Positions 11,972-24,138 of a stretch of DNA of 56,938 nucleotides are shown here, piece after piece. The stretch covers positions 62,001-118,938 of the forward strand of contig JAVECO010000061.1 of the NCBI GenBank assembly GCA_051942205.1, given 5' to 3'. The position numbers and the translations under genes were made by a program. The notes under the pieces are model-generated. The model worked only from the letters and a program-made list of their open reading frames with translations, made no database searches and was not told the DNA's origin. This stretch comes from Coniocarpon cinnabarinum (taxonomy: Eukaryota). Every line of letters starts with the position of its first letter. Positions within the stretch are counted from its first letter, which is position 1.

Positions 11972-13464
11972 CTATTCAGCTTTCTTTGCATGCCTTCTGT
12001 GTACCAAACGCCTAGCACAGTTGGAGAGGGACTCTGCTAGTGGTGAGGACCTCAGCGCTAGCTTGATCTCCTTCTCTAGTGCTGCGAACCCTTCTGGATC
12101 TTCGGAGCCTTCGGAGGGATGATACCTTGACCTTCTGCTGTGCGGTAGGTCCCAGATGTCACTTGCAGGGTTCAGCCTGAAGTATGCAGCTGCGTTCAAG
12201 CAACTCATCAAACATCGAGTGTTGATGTGCGCGTCATCGCTGTCCAATGCAGCCACTCTTTCTTGCGTGACACGAAGAGGTCGAGCGTGAGAGCGGAGCG
12301 TCGGCATCATCAAACGCCTTTGCAGTTCATAGTGGTTGATTTCGGTTTTCACTTTGCCAGGAAGACCGCACCCGATGCTGACAAGACAGTCCATGGATGT
12401 GGTCCTGGCGCCAGAGCCGACTCCCTTTTTTCCCTTGCCGTTCAAGTCGTCCACCTCCCATATGATCTCTTGGTTTGGATTCCGGTAGTAGAAGCCACCA
12501 TCAGCGTATCGAACTCCATCGATTGTTGTAAAGCCAAAATACTTTGGTCGGCTCATGGTTCCTCGAGCTATTTGCCAGAGTGGAACCTGACCGGCGCTAA
12601 GGGGTAATCGTGGCTTGATGAACTTCTCCTGATGAGATTCCGGACGATCGTAAGACCTGAACATGCTCGGCTCGTGCCGAACGGGGTTGTACACAAGCAC
12701 GACCCTGGACACATTACTAGTCGTATGCTGCGGCTGCGAGGGCATCACTCACGTCTTGCAATTGTCTTGAGGACTCTTCAACGTAACGGGACCTGTCTCG
12801 CCGAGCGTTGCAGCTTGTCGCGTAATCAAGTCTTTGATACGCTCCTCAAGAATTGAGATATCCTGCTGCCTCCTCGTCAAGCGCAGGTGTCTGCTCACGA
12901 TGTGGCGTGGCTGACGGAATATTTCTCCTGTCAAATTGTCAAACTCGTTGAAACAATCGCGTACCGACATCTTGAGTCGTCCGAGCATGATTGCAATGAT
13001 TCTGCCGTGCTGATCAGCCACTTGTGATAACAAATTTCGCGTAAGCCTAGCTTTGACAAACGCCAAAGCGAGGAGAGCATTTGGAAGGCTGACCCGCCAG
13101 TTCCAGCGCCAACGATGAAGTCAAAGTAGTCGCAAATTCGTCGCTTCTTGTCCGGATCCTGAGCCTAAACACGACGTCAACAGAGGGCAATGTCGAGATT
13201 ACATGCGCGTCTCGCAAGGTTTAGCGTTGTTGCTAAGAGTAAGTAACGTACATTTCTGGCTGTCTCGTGGAGATTGATTTGATCCATGAGTGCCTGCAAG
13301 ATCAACAACGATACGTATCCTCGAACCCCGCTGTCATCGAGACTCAGTATTGCATTGTTGGTTGGTTGCTTGGAGTTCGAATCGGCTCCAACAGGCAAAC
13401 CGAAGTCCCAGGTACTAAGCATGGCGTCGGAAGGTGGTTCGGTTGAATAGTCTCGACCCGGCAT
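11972..13464 (-). CDS. Patatin-like (iPLA2-type) phospholipase-domain protein, multi-exon, catalytic motifs degenerate; may extend upstream to about 13808
   Basis: Spliced pieces ILSLDDSGVRGYVSLLILQALM / ICDYFDFIVGAGTGG / IIAIMLGRLKMSV / PLWQIARGTMSRPKYF / YADGGFYYRNP / LVSIGCG / YFRLNP. Confidence 0.8.
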
Positions 13465-15146
13465 TCCGTCAGGACGGACATGGTCAGCATGGGCAAATGT
13501 ATCGGAGTCATTGCCATCTAGACCATCAACAAGGCTGTTGCTGATGGGAAGCTAGGTCTTCTTCGAGTTCGCTCAATAGTAGCTGCTCACGCAAGTCGCG
13601 GCGATTCAGGCGAAAGGAGCTCACTTAGAGCTTCAGAGTCATCGTCAACCACTGGTCGTCGAACACCTGGTTGAGACTGTCCTCGTTGTTCATTCGAGAT
13701 CACCACGGACGTTTCTTTGCGCCCTTGCGAAGAACAAGAAACGGTGCCCGTTTGACGATCTTCGTACTGATCAGCTAAACAACGCTTAGCATCCCCTTCA
13801 TTCGTCATTTCCAGCTTTTGTTAATGAAAGCGATCTATTTCTGGGAAGAGGAAAATGCGTCCGCTTTCAAAGAGGTGTCGACATGCTTTGAGAACTGCGC
13901 CTTGCTAAAGGTGTTTGACAGGCCCTTCAAACGGTACGCGTTTTCACTGTGGGACCTGAAGGCTATTGAATATCAGCCGCAAGGCTAAGCCCGCAGCGAG
14001 GCGTCGCGCGGACAGAAAATGTCGGCAGTGCTTGTGGGACACAAACAGGTGGCTCAGCACTGCGATGCGATCAGACGAAGCTTTCTCCTTCATACAAACC
14101 ACGCAACCTAATCTAGTCATGCACAGGTATGACAGAGGTCACTATTAAGCCGGTCAACGCGGGCGGAGGCAGTTGTGATAGCATGCCCAGGGCCTCTCGT
14201 TTCAATACATAGATGTCAATGCGAAACGTAGTCGTAGTTTGCTTTGCGAGTTAGCGAAAAGTACGAGTACGTCGTAATGGAGCTTCGTTAAAACGATGCT
14301 TCGTATGGAGAGGCAGCACCGTGAAAATTACGTGCGGCGAGGACCCCATTGTTTGTTAGTTGATGAGCTTCGGCACCGCGGACGAAGACCTTGATTTCAC
14401 AATGACACAATCATGGGGTGAGACAGCCTTCGCTGTGGGAATTGTGTCTCCTTTCGCAAGCCATCGAATCGCACCAGCATATCCATCACAGCCATACTTC
14501 AGAAGCAGTGACACACCTTATGACGAGGTCACTGGACGACACACAAAGTCCGTCGTCTCACAACTTGCTCATCTGCCTGCTTACCAATGGCAAAACGCAA
14601 CTGATGGTATAGGATAGAGCTTTGACCGCATATGTCATGGCGAAAGGCTCTTTGATATAGTAGGAGCATACCCCGTATCTAGAATTGAAAGTCCTGATGA
14701 AGTCTTGAAAAAGGGGATGGTGTGTACTATTTGCGCCACGATTTCTGATATTGTATCAATGCAGTTTTTTGCGCTAGCACGCTTCAGGGCTAGCGCCAAA
14801 AAGCCCTTCACAATACCGACATAAACTCAAGAAGTCCCGCTGTGTTTCCTGATTCTTGATCCGTATGATCACAGACCAGTCAGGTAAATACCTGGACATG
14901 ATACGTGATAAATTGGGAGACGCAAGTGAGGCCATCATCAAACTCCGTCTATCATTCTGAATATCAAGGATCTTGGCTTAGCGACAGGAGGCTTGTAATA
15001 CAAATATTCCTTGACGTCTAAAGCGGACTTCGTTTAGAGAAGAAATACCCAGCCACTTCAGCAAGTATTGACTTCATGGATAGCTCTTCTTGAGCCAATC
15101 TCGGGCTGTACTAGCAGTCTGCAAGCTCTTGTAGTTTCCAATAAAT

Positions 15147-16433
15147 ATGTACCTCAACATAACAACTCCATTCAATCACCTCAACTCGCTCACCGCTTTA
15201 AGCGGGCATGTCCATCTCGCAACCGCCGACGCCATCCCTCTCACCTCGATCACCGTAACATTAATTGGCACTTCTTCGACTACAATTCCCAATCCCATCA
15301 AGCCCAATGCCAAGCCTTTGAAAGACGAACACATCTTCCTCCATGAATCAATCCGAGTCTGGGACTTCTACCGCGGCAATGCTAACATGCTAGGTCATTA
15401 CACGCTTGCTCCTGGGGAGTATTCATGGCCCTTTACGTTCCATCCCACTGAGGGCATGAAATGTGGCAAGGTAGGGAAGGGGAAACTGAGCTTGAGCAGC
15501 TTGTTTGGTAAAGCGCGGACGCACGTGACGGGGTCGTTTCCACCTAGCTGCGCAATTGAGGGATTAGCGGAAGTGAGGTATTATCTAACAGCCAAGATGG
15601 TGACGAAAGATGTGTTCTCGACGGATCCAGTAGCGTGGCAAGAGGTTTACTACGTGCCTGCATTGCCACCGCAACAGTATAATTCTGGCGGACTTGAGAC
15701 GGTCGCTCAACAGGAGTGCACAGTCATTCAAGAAATGGAGAACGCAGATGTAGAGAAGAAGACGGTGCCGAATGTGTGGGTAGAAGCACGCTTGCAGGGA
15801 CCACCAGGCGGGTTACAGCGACTTAGGATTTCGTTCTCAAAATTGCGGCAAGAGGATGGCGGAGAGGAACTGCTATATCTGCACAGGGTCCGCGTAAGGA
15901 CAGTTGAACTGACAAAAGCAACGGCACAGGGCGTCGAGAAAGTCACTGAAGTCGAGATATCAGCGTGTGATGTACCATTACTGACGTCGCCTGCAGTATT
16001 GGAGGACTCCAACAACGATTCTGGACAAGGCACAAGCAGAGAGCAAGGTCTTCGACGGGTATTAGGCGGCTTCGAAGAATGCAAGGTGTTTACTTTGGAA
16101 GATTTCTGTGCGAACCCTTCTGGCGTGCATGTCACGCCGAATTTCGAAACGTGCAACATCCACAGGTTCTATGAAGTCGAGATTGCAACAACCATTAGTG
16201 TCACGGAAAAGCCACTTAATGAATGGTTTACGAATACCACATTGCGGTTGCCGTGTGAAGCGATCGTGAGTCACTTGGCTGACACAAGACCCTCTGCTGA
16301 AGTCCAGCAGTCCATTGCAAGCAGCGTTGTAGAAGAGAAGCAGACATGGAACGAGCACTCAAGGGAACCACCCAAGTATGAAGACGTTGTAAGGAATGCT
16401 GAATGCTCTTCCAGCCCAAACGTTAAAGCATGA
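15147..16433 (+). CDS. Arrestin-like (alpha-arrestin/ART-type) protein with a PPxY motif
   Basis: LSGHVHL...SITVTLIG, LAPGEYSWPFTF, FPPS, VRYYLTA, PNFETCNIHRFYEVEI and C-terminal PPKY. Confidence 0.75.
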   Translation: MYLNITTPFNHLNSLTALSGHVHLATADAIPLTSITVTLIGTSSTTIPNPIKPNAKPLKDEHIFLHESIRVWDFYRGNANMLGHYTLAPGEYSWPFTFHPTEGMKCGKVGKGKLSLSSLFGKARTHVTGSFPPSCAIEGLAEVRYYLTAKMVTKDVFSTDPVAWQEVYYVPALPPQQYNSGGLETVAQQECTVIQEMENADVEKKTVPNVWVEARLQGPPGGLQRLRISFSKLRQEDGGEELLYLHRVRVRTVELTKATAQGVEKVTEVEISACDVPLLTSPAVLEDSNNDSGQGTSREQGLRRVLGGFEECKVFTLEDFCANPSGVHVTPNFETCNIHRFYEVEIATTISVTEKPLNEWFTNTTLRLPCEAIVSHLADTRPSAEVQQSIASSVVEEKQTWNEHSREPPKYEDVVRNAECSSSPNVKA

Positions 16434-16476
16434 GGCACACTGATTGCGATAACAAACTGCTGAGTCTACGCTAATA

Positions 16477-17982
16477 CTAATCGGCCGGTTCTTCCGTTGA
16501 CTTCTTAGCATCCGGTTTGGCCTCGGTGATGCTGTCCATCTCGTATCGCAGAACTGCGGCCTGCTTGTGCAAAATCTGCACAAACTTGTTATTCGCCAAG
16601 GACTCCGGCACTGGGAGTGAAGCGAAAAGCTTCGCAATCTTGGCAGACCGATCATGATCAGCATCCTTGTCTACGGTGCGCAGAGTGCTATCGAGCTCTG
16701 TTTCGATCTGATCACTGCTGTCGCTTGCAGAGATCATCAAGCTCGTCACGAACAGTTCTTTCATGTACGCGAAGGAGTAGTCTTGCGTCACTTGCGCGAA
16801 GAAAAGGGCTGCCTCCGTGTTGAAGGACACCCGTGGATTACGCTCAAACTTGGATTGCCAGTGTTTGGCATAATCAAGTCGCTGCTGATGGCCCGGCAGC
16901 TCAAAGGCATACTTGCGGTCAAACCGCGAGGGTCGCTTGGCAATGGCTGGATCTAGCTTGCCGAGATGATTTGTGCTGCCAATCATCAAGATCCCATCAT
17001 TTGCCTCGAGGCCATCTAGCTCGTTGAGGAAATAGCTGCGCAATTTGTCCGTGACGAGTGAGTCAAGATCCTCAAACACAAGTATGCAAGGAGCTGTTTT
17101 GCGCGCTAAGTCAAAGATGCAGCCAAGAGCATATTCCCCACCCATGTCGTTCACCAGAGATTTGACGTGCAGACTTGGAATAGGGTTGTCCTTGCGCGAA
17201 CCGAGTTCGTTGATGAGAGCCTTAATGGTGAGGGTTTTGCCGTTTCCTGGTGGTCCATGGAGGATCACGCCGCGCTTCCACGGCACATTGAACTCAGCGT
17301 ACAATTCTCGATTGTTGAAGAAAGTATTGATGTCCGCGATGATGCTAGCCTTCGTCGATGGATGAAGCACGACGTCTTCCCAAGTCGCGTTTTGGACGGC
17401 TTGGTAGAGAAGCTTGCTCTTGGTCCATTGCCCCTGATCGAACACGTATATCTCGTCATGTAGAACTCGCGTCCACATATATAGGCTCTTGATGAGACGG
17501 TCGTTCAACGGAGAGTTGCCTTGGATGTCCACCGTCTGAGCCTCGAGAGGAGAAAGAATAAAGAGCTGATCATTGGGAGCGTTTCCCTGCATCCAATTAA
17601 TATGGTAGATAATATACTCGATGCTCTCGAAGGAGTAAATGATGCATGCGTAGTAGCGAACGTCTCTGAATGAACCGACATCCTCTGTCACTTTTGCGGT
17701 CACTTCAGACGGCGCGTCAAAGGAGCGTTCAGCAAGGTAAGCATCTGAGTCCTTGACGATGCTCATTTGTGCCAGCCCAGCTTCGACAAAGCCTTCTAGA
17801 TCCATCCAGCAGCCATTGGTGAGGGTGAGATGGTGATTTGGATGGGCTTTGCGGATTTGATCCGTGATGTTGAGCTCATGATTGTAGATGCTAACCGTCG
17901 GTTGACGCGACTTGATAAGCTCGAAGATGGAGTCTGAGCCCCGGTCGCGTTTTTTAGAGCCCACATCGTCTGTGACGGTCAT
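16477..17982 (-). CDS. AAA+ ATPase (fungal BCS1/PAN-like)
   Basis: Walker A GPPGNGKT, Walker B VFEDLD, FLNELDG and SRH with arginine finger RPSRFDRK. Confidence 0.92.
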   Translation of the reverse strand: MTVTDDVGSKKRDRGSDSIFELIKSRQPTVSIYNHELNITDQIRKAHPNHHLTLTNGCWMDLEGFVEAGLAQMSIVKDSDAYLAERSFDAPSEVTAKVTEDVGSFRDVRYYACIIYSFESIEYIIYHINWMQGNAPNDQLFILSPLEAQTVDIQGNSPLNDRLIKSLYMWTRVLHDEIYVFDQGQWTKSKLLYQAVQNATWEDVVLHPSTKASIIADINTFFNNRELYAEFNVPWKRGVILHGPPGNGKTLTIKALINELGSRKDNPIPSLHVKSLVNDMGGEYALGCIFDLARKTAPCILVFEDLDSLVTDKLRSYFLNELDGLEANDGILMIGSTNHLGKLDPAIAKRPSRFDRKYAFELPGHQQRLDYAKHWQSKFERNPRVSFNTEAALFFAQVTQDYSFAYMKELFVTSLMISASDSSDQIETELDSTLRTVDKDADHDRSAKIAKLFASLPVPESLANNKFVQILHKQAAVLRYEMDSITEAKPDAKKSTEEPAD

Positions 17983-19250
17983 GTTGAAGGCTGCTCAGAA
18001 TTCACACCAGAGAGATGGAGATGCAAATATATGAAAGATTCATACCGTGAGCTGCATGTGTTGGAGAGCCCAATAATACTGAGTTCCCCACTGATGAACG
18101 TAGGCAGCAGTCAGGCAACTACATGCGCAGACTGACGGTGTGCACGCCACTTGTCTCGAACCGGTGCATGATGCATGCGAGCACACCCAACATTGCGGCC
18201 TCGCGTGCTGCGAAGTACACTTAGGCAAGTCTAAAAGACCCACACAAGGTAGAACCGTAGTCGAGGCGGACCCCCGGACAGGACCGCCGACGGTGAATGA
18301 CTCAGCAAGGCAGACAGCGAACGACAGACACTGCCCAGACCAGATACGATTAGATGCTTTGAGCAAGCATACAGTAAGGCATCAAAACCCCTTGTGGACC
18401 TGCAAGGCGTCGCTGCAGGTGAGCTTCTGGTTGCAATTTTGCTATTGCCGGTGGGCGGGCGGGGTAGCACGTAATTTTGCTACTCTAAGAACTGTGTGAT
18501 GCAGTCGCGCTAGCGCACGTGATGTGTGAAAGAGCTCGAGAATCCCAATTCCCAACTCCCAAATTGTACTTATCACCACGGCATCCAATAAAACGAGTTA
18601 TCGTTGGGTAGAAAACTGCATAAAGATGCGACGGGCCGGGCACGAAACGCGACTGGGAAGCAGTAGGCATACACTCTCATTATGGGGTCCTGGATCGTCC
18701 ATCTCGCATGCACCTATCTCGCGGCATAAGCAAGAGCTTTTGCTAGCGGACGTAACGACGCAAAAATGGTTTAAAATTCTGTCTAGTTCCTAATGTTCAG
18801 GATTAGTACGAAGCAGGGATCTTCGAACGGATCCGTCACTGGCACTGAGTATTGTCTATTCTTGTCCGATTTTTTCCCCGTGTGTTCCCAGTACCTAAGT
18901 TGGTGCATGTATCAACGGCATCTTTCCCGACGCGATACTTCACTTGGCCCTCCCTGGCGTTCACCGTCGCATGTGAAACGTGGTGTGGCCAAAGCATGTT
19001 TGAAACGGTCCACGTTGTCCATAGGAGCGGAGCAGCCACGCTTACTGTTGTTGATGGTAGCAATGCCCCGATGATCGACTGCGTTTGTTGCGCCATCTCT
19101 TCGCTTTCAGAACGATTGTCTGTCTTCCACACACACACAGATTAGGCTCCATGCGACCTCATCGGAGCGCGCAGGACAAATCACTCATGAGCATGTAATG
19201 AGTACTCAACTTATTACATTGACTAGGTCCAATTTACGAATATTTGAGCA

Positions 19251-19939
19251 ATGAGCCTGAGGCACCGGCTCGCGCGACCTTTTTTGCTCGCACGTCGGCT
19301 TTTCCAATGGCGAAGAACCGTTTCAGGGCATAGGCACAATCACAATATATCGCATAGTGAGAGGGTCTCGCTTGGAAACAAGCCTCCGTTGCGCGGTAGA
19401 CTGACTATTCACCAGCTTCACAAAGCCATAGCCCTTCTCCTCGACCCCGCAATCGAATTTGGTCTCAGCCGACCAGTTTCCATCCTCGCGTCCGACTCGG
19501 TGAAGACCTATGGAGTCGGATCCTTACCATATATGTAACGAACGAGATTAGGAAGCACACCCAGACAGAGATGATGCATGAGTACTGTAGCAGGAGATAC
19601 ATGATCTTTGAATATCCAAACGCGGTTCTAGAGCAGGGCAGCCCGTATTATTGTCGGCAAAGGCTTTACGAAGTCTCACGCGTGAGCAAACACTGTCGCC
19701 ACCTTGTGGCACAGACGCTCATCCAGAACGAGAGAGACGTTGAGGATTGGCGCGGTAAAGTGGCAATGTCATACCACAGCATCCATACCAGGAGCGAAGC
19801 ACACAAGCGGGTCGGCCTTCGCGAAAGCTTGGAACATTTAGCCAGCGAGAGACGCCGCTTGGACTCAGGGAGGGAAATGCTTCAGCGAGCCAGTGAAGGC
19901 GTCTGGTGTTTGAAACGAGTAAAGCTGAGGCTTACTTGA
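19251..19939 (+). pseudogene. Degenerate copy A of a small F-box-like coiled-coil family; frameshift near 19530
   Basis: ORFs 19251-19538 and 19571-19939 join if CCATATATGTAACG is read with a frameshift (..GSLPY/VTNEIRKH..). Shares LYEVSRVSKHCRHLV and CLKRVKL motifs with copies B and C. Confidence 0.5.
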
Positions 19940-20114
19940 ATGTGAGCGAGTATTGAATTCCTGAAGAAGTACGGCGCGGATGCAAAACGGCATGCTTGCG
20001 CGAATTCTGACGCACTTGCTTGCAAATTTCAGGATTATTTATGCGCGCTAAAATAGCGCCTTACAGCAAGGCTCCATTGCCCTGGATAGGACATAAAGGG
20101 TTGTTTTTAGCGGC

Positions 20115-20747
20115 ATGAGGGACGAAGTTGACATGCAATTGCCTTGGAAAAGAATGACTTGAGTAATCTACCCGTTGAAGGCACTTTTCAGAGCATCCCG
20201 AAAGCTGGGTTGGCGGTATGCAACTTGTTCCTGCTCTTCATTACCTTGCATGATCCGCCGCAAACTCAATGCAATCTGATCGCGAAGTAGAGCTCGACTG
20301 AAGGTCATGAATTTTCCTCGCGCTTCTGTGAATGAGTTTGTCAAGTGGATCTTGCCGCGATACTTGGACCACGAGCTGCACCGCCATGCCCAAGTCTCTG
20401 ACCTTCAGCATCAACTTTGTACCACACCGCTCAGCCGTCGCGACCAAGTGGTCCGTTACTTCGCTCCATCCACTGGACGAGGTGACCTTTGCCTCCGCCG
20501 ACTGGTTCACATCGCCACGTTCAGCAAGACCTGCCGCACTTTGGTCAAGGATGCAGTCTCTCGCAATCTCGACAATTTGACACGAAGGTGTAACGAACTA
20601 CACAGAAAAGCTGAAGAGCTGCAAAGCCAGCCGCCCTCGAGAGACCAACAGAAATTGCAAACATATTTTGATGAAATGCATCACGTGATAGTGGAAACAC
20701 GACGTATTCGTGCAAGTATAGATTGCCTGAGAAAGATGCGTCTCTAG
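20115..20747 (+). pseudogene. Copy B of the same family; TGA at 20160-20162 in the putative first exon (or an intact shorter CDS from 20307)
   Basis: Putative intron 20216-20290 (GTATGC..CTGAT..TAG) joins MRDEVDMQLPWKRMT*VIYPLKALFRASRKLGWR in frame to the 20307 ORF, which contains LVHIATFSKTCRTLV and CLRKMRL. Confidence 0.5.
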
Positions 20748-21172
20748 TTTGGCAGCAATATGCGATGATCAGTATGTTTGAACAACCTATGCAGGACGTT
20801 GAATTGGCTTTGTTCATCAACAAACGAAAATTGTGCCCCTTGCTCCGCCCTCTCTCTATACAAGCTAGACTTAAGAGCTTCACCGTTTGCGAGCCACTTC
20901 ATTCAGTGACGCATTGGTGTTTGGCAAGATCTGGGTACTATTCGTGGGCCAAGCTTCCGGCCACGCTTTGGACATTAAATGTCCCAGAACGGGAGATAAT
21001 AGCTCGAGAAGAGGGAGGCAGACGGCGCTCCCCCCGTTGAGACGCATGAGTGTGTGATGATGCTGAATTATCGCCTAAATTCTTAACGCAGGATGCCACC
21101 GCGCCCTTTTGATCGAAAGCGAAGTCAATAGTCAGCAGAGAATAGGATGAAGTTTGATGAGGGAATTCGAGA

Positions 21173-21206
21173 CACGTGACGTTCCACGTGAAAATAGCTT
21201 CACGTG
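21173..21206. promoter_or_regulatory. Cluster of three CACGTG E-boxes (bHLH sites)
   Basis: CACGTG at 21173-78, 21185-90 and 21201-06, about 510 nt upstream of the F-box gene. Confidence 0.45.
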
Positions 21207-21714
21207 ACTTTTTCGGTTTGCCTGGTCAATCTCGAAGCGTGGAAAACCAATAACTGCTATTCCCTCCGCGAATGAGTCTCAGTCGCTGAAACCGAGTGCG
21301 ACATTTGGGCGGTTACAATAGGTGGATGACTTGACCGTGGAACAATATCATGTCAACAGCGGGGTGGTGTCGATAGTACGCTGACATGTTTTGCACGCAG
21401 CGGAGCTAGGCACCTTGAAGTGATGTACCTCCCTGTGCATGATATTTGTGTGGTCAAAGGCAGTCGTTGCGAGGCAGAGGAGGTGTTCCTTGTAAGCCAA
21501 CTAATCTGGTCGTATCTTCTGAGCACGCCAAGCAGTTCACATGATTAGCATCTCTCAAAAAAGGCAAAGTAGTATTCTCCAACTCTCGTAGAGAGTTGAC
21601 AAGGCAAGACTGGTTGGTGTAATTTGCCTCATCGCAAGGCCACCTGTGCGACGAGACATCTATCAGGCTGTCAATCGTACCGCTAGGTCGATTGTCAAAA
21701 TCAAGCCCTTCACT

Positions 21715-23107
21715 ATGGACGTTCTAGACTTGCCCAATGAAATCTTGCTGCAAATATGGGAGACCATCTCCCCCAGCGATTTCGAAGCCATGACTCTAAC
21801 GTGCAGAAGAGCATACGAGATCGCAGCAAACGGTAGACTTCCACGACATCGCCAGCTACAAGCACGGCATGCAAGATACATAATCAGTAGGGGCAAGCAG
21901 CACGCAGGGATTATACTTCATTCAATCTGGCTCGAGCCTGAGCTTGCTAACTACATCCGCAAAGTCCACTACCTCAGCAGCGATTTCGATTGGAGAGCTC
22001 TGCAGGAACTTTCCTCCATCAGCGCAGCCACGATTGGCCTTGTCAAAGAATGCAGTGCGACTCTAATAGCCAATGTCAACAGGGGGCGTGCTCTACCATG
22101 GCTCCCCCTGTTGGATCGAGAAAAGCTTCGACAATCTTGCGACGAAGCTGCCGCTTTCTTTCTGCTGATTCCATTGTTGCCGAATCTGTCAGAACTTGTT
22201 CTTGACTATGACCCACAGACATCTCAGCGCTTGACCAGCGTCCTGACTCAACATGTCTCGCAGAAGCCGTCTAAGGACTCACAGGGAGACGTCCTGTCCA
22301 GGTTGCAGACCGTGACTTTGGGCACTAAGAAGAGCTCGTGGTTAGCCTCTCACTTCGAACGGGTTGCAATTTGGGTTCTTCTGCCCAGCATCAAGATACT
22401 CAGAACGCTCAGGGTCATTTTGGAAGGTGAACATCCGTTCATATGGGCTTGGCCGTCCCATGACAACACTTTCGAATCATCTCTAGAGGTACTCCACCTG
22501 GACCGTGCAAGAGTCGATCCGTCCCCCAGATCAGGCTTCTCCAAATTCTTAAGCCGTCTCAAAAAGCTCAGAGAGTTTCGATATCATCACTCAATATCTG
22601 GCGGTCGGGATCCACGCAGACCTCGGTTTTGTGCTGACACATTGGTTGGAGTCCTGGCACAAGCGTTGGGTCAAAACCTGGTAAAACTATCCATAACTAG
22701 CGACGTGTATTCCTATAAGCCAGTCAGCAGTTTCCATGCTTTCAAGGTCAGTTCTGTGGATACTAGTGTATTAGTAACTATACTTACTCCAAAAGTAGAC
22801 TCTGAAAGAGCTCGAGGTAGAAGTGAGGTTTTTCATGTCCACTGAAGGTGACACTCCTGTGCTCTCCGGTATTCTACCATGTTCGCTCGAGACTTTGACG
22901 ATTGATCTCGAGATCCGCGTGCACGACGAGGTAGAGCAGCTTTTCAAAGGGTGGGCTGCTTCCAAGACAGATCATTTGCCGGAGCTAAGCGAAATCACGT
23001 ATGCGCGCCTCCAAGAGCTACCAGAGCATTTGAGAGAAGAGATAGAGTCGTCTGGGGTGCGGTTGTTCCATCACAGGAGCTTCGTGCCCCTGATGCACCA
23101 ATGGTAG
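21715..23107 (+). CDS. F-box protein with an LRR-like C-terminus, 2 exons
   Basis: MDVLDLPNEILLQIWETISPSDFEAMTLTCRR F-box followed by LPNLSELVL-type repeats; intron 22747-22798 (GTCAGT..TAG) joins in frame to the 22823 ORF. Confidence 0.85.
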
Positions 23108-24138
23108 AGCTGAGAAGCTTTCATGCTCTATCCCGGTCAGGCTAGGTATGCCGTATATCAGAGTTTCGATCATTTGAAACCTCGTCAATGCTATCAAACC
23201 GTTGAAAGCATCGGGTACGATTCGCGTGCTCCAGAGTGCCTTCAAGAAGGACGATAGGAATCGGAGAATTGGTTCTCAATGGTAGATAAAGACACAAGTA
23301 GTACGTCTTCATGGAAGGTTTGATAACATAGGTGCTCATTCTCTAGTGATGAACGGCAAGAGACTGCGCTTGTGACGAATTGATGTGTAGCTGTAATAGC
23401 ATTCTACCTTCACTCGAGCAAACCAGTGCAGCATCAGTGCTGCCCAAGGAAAATACGGTGCGGGTGGCGTCAGCTAATGAGTTTTCTATTCATTGTCTAC
23501 TTCAGGACTGTTATACTCTCCCAATGTCAAAGCATGCGGCAAAGTGGCCACAATCTACCTCGTGCGTTTCACATATGATTTGTTCTGGCCTCTGTTTGAC
23601 ACTGTTCGCAGTAGACTCCCGACTCTAGTGATCCAGCTGTGCTAGATCGTTTATGCTGTCTGCCTATGCTTTACTAGCGTCATCGTACGTGGTTTTGCGA
23701 AAGTGATCTGCTTTAGTGGCGGCAACTATGTTAGAAACTTCTATGCGTGGTCAGCGACACCAGAGACCTGATTGCTCTTTTAGGAGCCAAGACTTCAAAG
23801 CAGGTCCTCCGCAGATTCATCACAAGACCTGCGCAAAGTTTGTGGTGCCATGGAAGAAGGAGCAACTCAGGAACAAGCGGACTCTGTCGCGATCCAGCAT
23901 ATATGCCTGGAGAAGGAAGGGCTACTCTACATGCATACTGACCCAAAACGCAAATAAAACCGCAATTGTCGACACGCTGCGTAACACGTTGCTGCTAACT
24001 CTTTCGAGGCAGATAAATCACCAAAGCGATGGCAAAACGCAGACACTGCTCGTCAAACTCCGATTTTGCCATTCCTTGCCGCGCCTCAGTACGTTGCTGC
24101 GTCAGTATTAGTTGACGCCACACTCACAGAGAACGGTC

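Noticed and set aside
14360..14830. Possible decayed gene remnant (long frame with one stop)
   Set aside because: No recognisable motif, so it cannot be distinguished from chance.
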